Below are positions 1-10,800 of a stretch of DNA of 64,000 bases, in pieces (positions within the stretch are counted from its first letter, which is position 1; every line of letters begins with the position of its first letter). This stretch comes from Nemertoderma westbladi. Its lineage: Eukaryota; Animalia; Xenacoelomorpha. The DNA lies in the NCBI GenBank assembly GCA_032718475.1, contig JAUCBJ010007470.1, positions 1-64,000 of the forward strand, read 5' to 3'. The notes beneath the pieces are model-generated. The model had not been told where the DNA came from, made no database searches, and saw only the letters and a list, made by a program, of their open reading frames with translations. Position numbers and translations under genes: made by a program.

Positions 1-363
1 TGCCAACTTTATATTAAACTTAGATATGGGTGCGCGACAAATAGGACAAATTTTAGAACAATAATTATTCATTTCGGAATATTGTACAATACATTGTACG
101 CAAGTTGCATGTTTATTTTCACATTTATAATAATCTCGATGTTGTTGCAATAACTTAGAATAGCAAACTGGACATTTTTCATTTAAAATATCCATTTTCC
201 AAATTTTAAAGTAAATTGAAAATAATTACCACAATACACAACAACAACAACAACAAACAAAACTGTTATACTGTATATACAAATACTACTACAATTTTCG
301 ATTATTTAAAAACAACAAAATTTTATATATAATCATAAAATATTTATAATATAGGGGGAAAAG

Positions 364-810
364 TCAAGAATCAATGATATTATCAACATATTCAACATTA
401 TCCGCTGATTCTTCAGGTTCGACAAAGGATTCTTTTGAAATCATTACAATAAAGAAAGACATAATTTCGTAGGGGCTATGTCGATTTAGCCGTATTTCAA
501 ACTTTTCACCAGCTTCGTTGTATTGTGTAATAACAATAAATCCCTCTATCATGGATAATAGTAAAATGTTGCTTAAATTTCCTCCCTCGTGCTCAGCTTT
601 CAGGTTGTAATCTAAAAGATGAATACTATTATCAGAAGCATCAATATCAATTGAGCTTAAAACTTTCCTGGCTTTTTCAGAAAATTCAATTTTATATTTA
701 TCATCTCCCTGACGGTAAATTGTATAATCAATAACAATATAGGCTTGACCATCTTCTGCAAAAAATGAATGCCTTACCATTGGCATAACCATATTGGAAT
801 CAGAAGACAT
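364..810 (-). CDS. Intronless orphan ORF, 148 aa, acidic, function unknown
   Basis: Long ORF in very AT-rich DNA with protein-like composition. On the - strand there is CCAAT at 975-979, a TATA-like run at 904-915 and AATAAA at 112-117. Confidence 0.5.
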   Translation of the reverse strand: MSSDSNMVMPMVRHSFFAEDGQAYIVIDYTIYRQGDDKYKIEFSEKARKVLSSIDIDASDNSIHLLDYNLKAEHEGGNLSNILLLSMIEGFIVITQYNEAGEKFEIRLNRHSPYEIMSFFIVMISKESFVEPEESADNVEYVDNIIDS

Positions 811-2445
811 TATTTAATTTATTTTATTGTAAATCAAACAAACAAAGTAAAAACTTTTAAACTAAAACCATTACAAATGATTAATTGCGATTAAAGCAAG
901 AGATTATATATATAAGATATTTTCAAAAATAATACAGGTCTTAAACTGAGAAATAGCCTAAATTCGGTTTATTGATTGGTTGATTAGCTGGTGGGTAACT
1001 ACTGTATAAACAAAAAATTATTGCGTAATAATCACTAATGCTCGTATACACGTAGCTGGAACCTGACGGAATCTCATGTATCATACTGCTTGGTTTGTTG
1101 ATTTGGCGACAGCAGTCGTGGAGTTGGCAATCAATATAACATATGCATGATGCGTGTAGTTGGTGACCACGTTGTCAGCATATACAGTATACAGTGGTTG
1201 GTTGCGTGGTAGTGGTGGTAACGTGGTGAAAAGGTGAATAACCGTAGGGTTAGGCAAACATCACCATTGATTGGTTGGTTGGTGGGTGGGTAACAGCAGT
1301 GGATTGAGTAGCGATGGGATGGGGGCTAGCCATGCATTGTGAGGTTAGGCTATGTGAAGATGAATATGCAATGGTTGGTGAAAAATAGCGATTTGAAAAA
1401 TAATAGAAGTTACCTGATGCTAAGTGTAGACACCCGAACACCTGTAAAATAAAGGTTGGTGATTGGATGCAGTACTAGCATTGGGTGACTAATAACGCCT
1501 CTAGCGGAATAAGCGGGAACTTGAGAAGTTACCATGGTTACGGATGAAATGCTGACATCTGATTGGTTGAAATAATAACGACCACCGCAAAAGGTTGAAA
1601 TGGTTGCTTCTGATTGGCTGCAGTACCAGAAATGGATGGTAATGATGGGCTACGGGTGACCATGAAGCCGTGTACTAGTTTCTTATACTACTCATACCAA
1701 CAGGTATTTAATATTCTTAATATTGTTTACAGTCGTGAGAAAAAGAGTGGTAAAGAAGGTAGATTGAGAAGGTCCACAAAAATCGAGAAGATGCCGGTGC
1801 TGAGGCCGATACCGCGGCTTCTTTTATTGGACTTTATTTAACTTTACCCCAATTAAACTTGTAGTGCGATTTGATATATCTTTATATTAATGGTTCGTTA
1901 TGTTGCGTCGCGCGAATTACAGTACAGAGCGTACTCAAACGTTAATTAGACTGTTAGGGCAGGTCCCCAGATCCTGCTACCACTATGGCAGTAATGTGGT
2001 ACTACTACCTGTACTGTAGCTGTCAGCCCAGTAGGGCAGGCCCGATAAGCATAGCCTATTCATTATTTAGTTGATCAAGAGTGGGTTGGTTCAGCCCCGT
2101 CAACTAAATAAGTCATTGAGGGCTATAGCGCCTAGGGCACCATTGAAGGCAACGGCTTGATACGCATCTGCATTAGAGATGATACACGCCCCGCCCTGTC
2201 TATACTGGATGCTCCTCTACCAGTGTTAGGTAACCTAACCCAGGAGGCACACTTGGTTCAGGGTGTAACAAATGGACCCCTACAGTCGGCAGCAGGGCTG
2301 TAGGCCATGGATAGGCGGAAGGTAATCAACCAACGGCTAGACATGCTGACAAGGTCGGCGGAAGGTAATCAACCAACGGCGACCTACTGCGAAGACACTT
2401 GTAGGAGTTGCGACCACAAGCGGTTTACCCCCGCAACTGAAAGAT

Positions 2446-3368
2446 ATGAGTATGAGAACCCTCCAGGAGAAATACCGGCTCGGTCGTCGCCCGGGTCAAC
2501 AAGGACCGCGTCCCTCAGTGGTACACCAGGCTGGGGTCGATAAATTGGCTACTGGAACAGAAGACAGAGAAGAAAGAAGAACCAACCTGTTGAAATGTAA
2601 AAAGACACTAAAGATTGCTACAATGAACGCACGCACGCTGAAAGCACAGAGCAAACAGGGTGACATGGTCGCTCTGGCAATTGAATATAACATCGACATC
2701 ATCTGCATCCAAGAACATCGGATTTGTCATGAAGACACTGCCATGAAGTACAATGACATTGGAAATGGATGGACGTTAGTAACAAGCTCAGCAGTAAGAA
2801 ACTCGGCCAATGCATCACTTGGTGGAGTAGGAATTGTGCTAAGCCCATTTGCACTTAAGACCCTAAACAACATCGAATCTATAAATTCCAGGGTTATGAT
2901 CGCAACATTTGATGGGAATCCCAAGACAACAGTTATATGTTGCTACAGTCCAACCAATGCATCAGAGCCAGAACAAGCAGTCAAGTTTTATGAAGAACTG
3001 ACTGGACTTATTAAGGACATCCCGAAACACAATGTTAAAGTCATTGCTGGTGACCTGAATGCGCAAATTGGCCCAGAAGACATCAAGGGTTACACCTATA
3101 ACACCAGTTCTAACAGAAATGGGTACTTACTCTTAGACCTAATGGAAGAAGGTGAATTGATACCAACAAACAACACATTCGAAAAGAGTAAGGGGAAGAT
3201 ATGGACCTTTCAATACCCTAATGGAACCAAAGCACAACTGGATTACATCCTTATAAACAAAAAGTGGAGAAATAGCATGATCAACTGCGAGGCATACAGC
3301 TCGTTCAACCTAATTGGTTCGGACCACAGAATTGTGACTGCAGAGATCAGACTCAGTTTGAGAGCCAG
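2446..3368 (+). CDS. RTE ORF, N-terminal apurinic-like endonuclease (EEP) domain
   Basis: Motifs ATMNARTL, ICIQEHR, AGDLNA, QLDYIL, SDHRIV. Confidence 0.93.
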
Positions 3369-4563
3369 TGTTCGCGCTTTCAGACCTTTGGCAGTTTAAC
3401 CCGCCAAATTAAGATGTCTTCTAGATATTAAATCGCTTTTTAGCCTATGACAAGTATTTGATTCACTACACTAGTCGAAACCAATCCGTGCGCGACCATT
3501 CACCCGCTGGATATTCCCGGGAGATTGGGTTCGACGGTTTAATTTTGTTGCTATGTAAGCCTAATGTATTATTCGACTGACAGTATTATATAATCTCTGA
3601 CAATATTATTTACCTTCGGGAATATTAACAGTTCCTTTAGGACGTGGCGCTTTATCTACATAAACAGAGTTATGACTTAAACTACTCACAACGATATGGC
3701 TTAATTATAATTCACATATATGGCGCATTCTTTAGGAATGCTTCTTTAACAGACTCACTCATACACAATGCTGCACAATACTGCACACTAATCTGCCGAT
3801 CTTCACTGATTTTAGTCACATATAAAAGGAACACAGACTGACTCATGTAGGGTCTATCAAATAACATTAGATTCACTTCAAACCACTTTAACATAAGTCA
3901 CAATCGTTTATCTGTAACCTTTCTCTCTTACCTTCGGTATATCAAGAATATTGGGTGTCGGGGTTATTTCTCGTTATTCCAATATAATAATTCATCAACA
4001 AATATAATGAATAACCGACAACAAATAGCAGTATGCAATATTCACAAAGCCAGTTATGCAGTACTGCAGTATGCAGTGATTACGAAATTGCAGAGTGTTT
4101 GTTTCGTCAGTTAAAGGATATATGTCCTTGTAATTAAACCTACTAGTGTTGAGCTAAAAAGCATAAAACATAAAACACTAAAAGCCGTTCTTTCGTGGCT
4201 TTGAAAAACTCGTGACTACTGCTCTATACGAGTATACCAACCACTCTTATTCCACGAAGCTCCCGTTCAACACAGAGAAAGAGCAGTGAGATAGGACATT
4301 TTCAGTTCAGTACTCTGTGATTGGTCAAAATCAAGGCTAACTCAAAATTCTATTGGGAGATACAAAAACAAGGCTATGACGCAACCTCCCTAGGCTTGTT
4401 GGCCGATTAAACAGAGCCCAGATGCCTGCGTACAGCAAATCAGCCAATAAGCTGGTAACTTGCACTATTTTTAGCTGTAGATCACTTTGAGAGTATTCTT
4501 AGCGACTGGGGGGGAACTGGCCAACAAGGCAAACGAATCAGTTATCCCACAAAAGCTTTTACA
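3369..4563 (-). repeat. 3' LTR (1195 bp)
   Basis: Direct repeat of 14143-14826 plus 18894-19404. No differences seen by eye, and the ORF track gives identical peptides in both copies. Confidence 0.95.
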
Positions 4564-4572
4564 CCGCTCCCA
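4564..4572 (-). other. Polypurine tract
   Basis: TGGGAGCGG directly precedes the TGTAAAAGC start of the 3' LTR on the - strand. Confidence 0.7.
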
Positions 4573-5464
4573 GAAAATGGGATTTAAGTCTATAAAATAT
4601 ACAAAATCACAGTTTCTAAAATATAAAAATACTCTAAACAGTTAGTCTTTCTTGCGCGGACGGCGTTTACGCAGTTTCTTAAGGCTAGCAAGAGTCCTTT
4701 ACTCTTTGGGGGAAGCCACTTTACTAGGAGGGCCATAACTCCTGGGTGAAGGGTGCAATATGATTGCATTAAAAGGTTTGGGTTTACGGTCGGTGTCTCG
4801 TCCATGTCGATATGCTTCTCCTCGAGCTGATTTTCCTCCGCTTGTCATGGGATACGTTCATCCAAAACTCTCGCAGAGAATAGGGTTTTCTAAGCTTGAT
4901 ATCTTCTTTGAGATTCGAGGTTTCCCAATCGAACTGAGATACGGCCAATTCGTTTATCGATTGGACTTAATGTTATAACTTACGTTTATCTGAACAAACG
5001 CAGGTTTCTTTGTTGATCTTTATAGAATAGCATTTAACTCGTGTCGTACAACGCTCTCCTTCACCTTGATGAAGGGTTGTATCGCGTTAAACGGGGACAA
5101 CCATACGGTTGGATAGTGATATTAGGTGTCCGCGTCACAATCCGGCTAGGTAAGATGGGCGGCTAGCTAGAAATCACTGTCGGAGTGTTACCGATTAATT
5201 GTTAGGGTAGCACTAGATCTTGAACAGTGAATACCGTCCGCGAGGATCCGCGACACCACCAGGATCGCAGGTCTGAGGTCCAACTAAGGAATGAGGAGGT
5301 TTGACCGAGTATTACGGGACTCTGATCATAGGTTTACTCTAGGATCGTTAGAGCCGAGTGAGCATAGGTGATACGTCAAACAAGTTTCGCTCGAAACTCC
5401 AGTAAATATAACGAACACCACTGTGTTTAACACAACGTTTCCGTGGATGTTTATGTCTTTCCGT

Positions 5465-6238
5465 TTATTGGCTGGGTCTAGGGCATTTACCGTAATAATA
5501 CCTAAAAACGTACGTCTTGTAGGGGAAACGCGAGTGATCTTTCTCCAGCTTACAATATTCCTCCATCCGTTCGAAGCTATTCGGTACAACAGGTAGCGGT
5601 CGATCGGCGGTAAGATACATCATAGGGGAATCGAGCCGTTTGAGTTCTACCATGCGGTCATGATGTATACCTTGAGGATATCGAGTTTCTAGATTTTGTT
5701 GACTGGCAATATTGAGATATGTTTCTATCAGGAATTCCAGATAATCGTTGAAGTCGCTGCGTTTATCCGGCTCCTCAACGTTTTCTCTTTCGAGTCTGTT
5801 TCGAATAGAATTCTCGTGTTCCATTCTCGGTTTATCGTTCCGCCTCCGCTGGGTAGGATATTTCAATCGTACCATTTCCCTTTTGGTGTCGACATTGTCC
5901 GTATCGTGTAAATCGATAGGATGACCAGTAGTTAAGAAGCCCATATACGTACCATTACGCTGCGTATATCGAGCAGCGAATTTTCTATAGTCCAACTCCC
6001 GCGAGAGCTGCACTTGGGACATTGTCAGTTCGATATAACGACCATCGTCCTCTGCAGCAGTTGGACTAACGTCGCCGCGTATTAAGCTATCAACAAACGC
6101 TTGTAAAAGTAGAGTATATCGCTCCCCGATACCAAGACCATCTTCTATCAACTCCGTCATGTCTGCTATATATGAGTTTATCCACATTATAAGGAGTTTA
6201 TATTTAGGCGAGCGGGCGTCGCTGCCTACCCCAATCAA
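5465..6238 (-). CDS. Extra ORF of unknown function at the env position of the LTR element
   Basis: 257-codon ORF (track start is TTG; first ATG gives MWINSY), same strand as gag, no signal peptide or TM segment evident. Confidence 0.55.
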   Translation of the reverse strand: MIGVGSDARSPKYKLLIMWINSYIADMTELIEDGLGIGERYTLLLQAFVDSLIRGDVSPTAAEDDGRYIELTMSQVQLSRELDYRKFAARYTQRNGTYMGFLTTGHPIDLHDTDNVDTKREMVRLKYPTQRRRNDKPRMEHENSIRNRLERENVEEPDKRSDFNDYLEFLIETYLNIASQQNLETRYPQGIHHDRMVELKRLDSPMMYLTADRPLPVVPNSFERMEEYCKLEKDHSRFPYKTYVFRYYYGKCPRPSQ

Positions 6239-6988
6239 CCCCCGGACAGGACGAGATCCTCAGCGCCGATGTGTCGTCGCCGCCGTACTTTCGCCAACGA
6301 CGTAGCCGCACAACGACAACGACAACCGGCACAAGTCACTCGACTGTCCGTCCCAAAGGCTTAGATGTACTTCAGGTATTCCTTGGAGAGTTAGGTTACT
6401 TTACGATTGCGACTAGCTACTGTAAACACACCTTAGCAGTAACATTCACCTATAAACTCACAAATACCACACACACAACTTGTCACAAATTACATACACT
6501 CGGGTCACTTGTCCGTTAGTCAATGCCTTCCAGAATGCCACTGTATTATTATGTATCCTTGGATACTATCAGTGCACTATTTATTCCCTATGCTATTCAA
6601 TGGGACAAGCTTTCTATTGTTCTTTTAACTCAATTCTAATTCTAGCGTGGTTGTTGCTATGGTGGCATTATGCAAAGCTAGCGGTAGAATTAGGGTAGTT
6701 CCAATGCATACAGATCTGGAATGTTATTTAATAGTATTCTTTAATAGTCAATGTTCGGTTTTATACATGACTTTATGAATTTTATCGGCTATTGACTATG
6801 TTTGGGAGACTTTCACACACTCGTACGCATGATAAGATAAATCTCCGCTCCCTTGATTGATTAATTAATGGAATTTTGGGAACTTTATAAATTGCGTAAA
6901 ATGGCAATTTATTAAACTCATTAAAAGGCATGAATTTAAATTGATTCCCTGAAATTTTATTATTTGATAATTAAATGGACATATTTGG

Positions 6989-7295
6989 ATTCCAGAACAT
7001 GTCTGGGGACACAAGATCCTTAATTCTATGACAATTGTCTTTTTAAGAATATCGGTAAATGCTACGATATCTTAATTGACTAGGATTATCGAAGGATCTG
7101 AATTTTACAGATTTTGACTTATTAGATTTGCAAATATTAAATAATTAATATTTGAGATGGGCACCGATTTATTCCAGAACTTGTCTGGGGACGTTAACCA
7201 CTGATTCTAGAATTTGTCTTTCAAGTATATCGGTGGGTGCCGCGATATCTTAATCGACTAGAATTACAGATGGTCAAAGGGTTTAACAGATTTAT
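6989..7295. repeat. Diverged direct duplication (offset 182 bp) between gag and ORF2
   Basis: attccagaac.tgtctgggga...tatcggt...gatatcttaat.gactag at 6989 and 7171. Confidence 0.7.
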
Positions 7296-7810
7296 TTTGC
7301 GTTATACGCTACTGTTAAAGGGACATCACGCTACTATATGTATTATTTAATATACGGTATGAGAGCAATATCGCACGAAGCAATGTCAGTGTGAAGAGGC
7401 AAGTCGTTTCCAAGGTCTACCCAGAGCTTGGTTTAGCCGAGACACGAGGATCTGAACTTTGCATTCCTAATACTCTGCCTACCAATAATACTTAAATATA
7501 GTAGTGGCTTTATTGTACTTTAATAAGTACGGACATTTCATCTTACTGTAGTTACGTATTTATAATATAATACGGACAGTAAGGAAAGAGAAAAAATAAT
7601 TATTTCTTCGCCGTCGCACTAAATATAATATAAGTAATTACGTACGTAATAAACACGAATATATTGCACTATTCTACAAAATAATCGCTAAATAATATTC
7701 TACTAAATTAAATAAAACGATTATAATAAAATTACATAGTAATACATACATAAATATAAAAATAATAGAATAATATAAATAATAGAGTCACACACCCACT
7801 CCATATGTGG

Positions 7811-10800
7811 TTACGTTATGGAGTCCCTAGATGTTTGAAGGATTAGGGAGGTGGTCGTGGGAAGAGAATCTTGCCTTCCACAGTTTCCGGAGAGTCCTCC
7901 ATTCCCTTCCGATAAACACAAACGACCGACTGGGTGATTGAGTCGCTGCATCCTGAATACAATTCCAGGTTTCCTCTTCGTCCTGGAATAGTGACGATAG
8001 AAACATCGCTCAAAGTAGATGACGGCGTCACAAAGCCGATTCCAGGAGCTATAGTGGTCCGTCGCTCTCTGCAGGAGAGGTGAGAGTCCCTGCGAGACGT
8101 CTGATGTTCCAGAGCTCCAATCGCTCTCTCTGATCTTCATGAAGGATCCACTCGCGGTGGGGAGGCCCAGATCCACGGCGTCGTCCCTGGCAACATGTAA
8201 TACCGACAGATCTATCCCGGATTCAAATAACTCCGATCCACACGTCCGGGTTTCAGGTTCGACTTTCTCCGCTCCCTTGGCTGGTATAATCTCAGTCGGA
8301 GTAAGATGGGAAGGCCATTCATTCTCCTTACTCAGGAAGTCGGGTTCACCTAATCGGTCTGTAGTATCTGTCAGTTCTTGAGGAGTTGCTCCTCTGGAAG
8401 CGATGTCCGTTGGATTAAACTTCTTGGGGCAATATCTCCATTGATCTACATTGGAGCTAAGATTGTCATTATCTGAGGAGTGTGGTGTTCCCTCAGTTGG
8501 GTCGTCTCCCTCACTAGTATCATCTTCCCATTCACTCATCTGGCAGACGCGATCTTGAAGCAGTCTTTCCCTGAGCGTTCTACCGGAAGGTCCAGTAAGG
8601 TACCAACCTACTCTAGTTCTTACCGCATAGGTCTGTAGTGGCTGCGGTTGAGCAGGCCGTTTCTCTAATGTCTCCAGCGCCTCATGCGCGTTTTGGCCGA
8701 TGAGTATTTGCACTCCAGGATAATCAGTCTGGAATCGAGGTATGTTAAGATGTTGGATGCTCTCATCCTCGTCCCAATTATAAAGGTCTGCTTGAGTAGT
8801 AGCGAAGTTCTTTATAGCCACCATTTTCACTGACCTTATGCTATGTTCTCCTAGTTCGTCCTGGGGGGTGGACAACTCACATATATAATAGTCGGCAGCT
8901 ACAGTAGAATTCCAAACCTGCATGATCCCTGACAGGTTTAGCTTGGTTCGGAACTTGGGTTGTCCAGCAAAGATGACTTCGGCTAGTTCTTTATCGATGA
9001 ATGTTCCTGTGCTACCGGAGTCCAGGAGGGCGTTCACTATATAGCTCTTCTGAGGTCCGTGGACCCGTAACTGGACTACAGGAAATTCTCGGATTCCTAT
9101 ATTGGAAGTTGGCGCTTTCCAAGATGGTTGTTGATCGGAAGTAGTTAAGGTAAGGTCGCTGTCTGTGTCTTTCTCATACACGAGTGCTCGATACACTGCG
9201 GTGGTGTTTATTAGGTAACAGGATTCGTTTTGGTCGGAGAACTCGTCCGTATAGAATCCTTCCATCTCAGATTGATCAGTGTCGTTCACATCACTGAATT
9301 GGACATGTAGTTCGGACTCACTTACCTGACTCGGGCTGTTTCGTTCGAATTCCGTGTGCAACAAGATATGATGTTTTGCGCCGCACTTTGCACACCTTGC
9401 GTCGGAGTTACAGGTTCGCCGTTGGTGTCCTCGTCTGAGGCAATTATAACACAACCGCTTATCCCACATGACTTCACGTCTATCCTTTAGTGATTTCCTC
9501 AGGAATTTATCACACGCATTTAAACGGTGGGGCCCGTCGCACAGCACACATTTCGGCTTGATGTTACTTACTTTAACCTGTGCTATGTGGTGCACACTTG
9601 TTCTTTCCTCGGGCTTTCTCACCTGAATTCTTTTAGGAGACGTAGGAAGGGTTTTTTGTACCGGTTCCCTTCTGTCATTGGGTCGAGACTCGGATTTACT
9701 TACCTGATCTTTAGGCATTTTATTGACATAATAAGATCTGTCAGTGTCTTTCCCGCTGTCCTCTCCTTGAGAAGTTTGGCTTTCACCGTCGTCGGTATAA
9801 CATACTGGTGTTACCCTTCTCCTAGAAACGGGTTTCTCACTTACCTTGTTTTCCAATGTCTTCTCTCTGGACTGCCTTAGGAGCTGTAATTTCACTTCTC
9901 CATCTAAGAATGACATGAGATCAGCCATGGTAGGGTCTCGTCGTTGTTGTTCCATCATATATAACACTTTCTTATCCCAGCGTGTACCTACTCCACCCTT
10001 CGGTAAAGTAGAAGCCACTGCTCTAATAACCATAGCACTCTGATACTCATGAGACTTACCTAGCCAATCTAATTGTCTGCAGATCTCCTGAATTTCATCG
10101 GAAAACTCTATAATCCCGCTGCTAATAAACTTTCGGGGCGCTACCAACTTTGCATACAAATACCCAGCTATGTTATTCCTATTACCATACCTGATGTTTA
10201 GTGTATCCCAAACTTGTCTTAATCCGTCTGGATGTCCAATAAACCTTAACGCCATTAACTTGGGGGATCCTTCCAAGCACTCGATGAGGTATCTAAGTTT
10301 TTCTCCATTAGATAGTACAGAGTTCTGTATGTTATCTTTGTAATATTCATTAAAAGGTAACCATTTCATCTCATCTCCATTGAACTTAACGATCTCTCCA
10401 ACCTTTACCGCTTGCCGGGCTTCGGTTCTAGCCATTTGACGCGTAAAACTTTCTTGGGCCATCGTGCTATTTAATATCGAGTTATCGGTATATAAATTTC
10501 TCGGATTATGATCAGTTCTATAGGGAATATCATTATCAACAGGTCTATAATTACCCTTAATAGGGTTCACTATAGGAGTTTCTACTTCGCTAGCAGTGTA
10601 TATGCGTGTAGGCTCCACACCTTGCGCATGCAATACTTCAGACCTAACAGGTTGACACATTGTTACAGAGGGTGGTGTTATACCCTTTTGGGTATTTACT
10701 AATTTATCGCGTTCAAGCGCGATACTTTGCTGCACTTCTTGCAACTCTAGCCTACTTTCCCTTACTGTGCCCTTGAATTGCTGGACAGTCTCCTGCATCT

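Noticed and set aside
4095-4140. Hammerhead-like CUGACGA on the - strand right after the putative self-primer and a hairpin
   Set aside because: The GAAA overlaps the core, and no stem II or stem III can be built.
5465-6238. env gene call for the extra ORF
   Set aside because: No signal peptide, TM helix or Cys-rich ectodomain.
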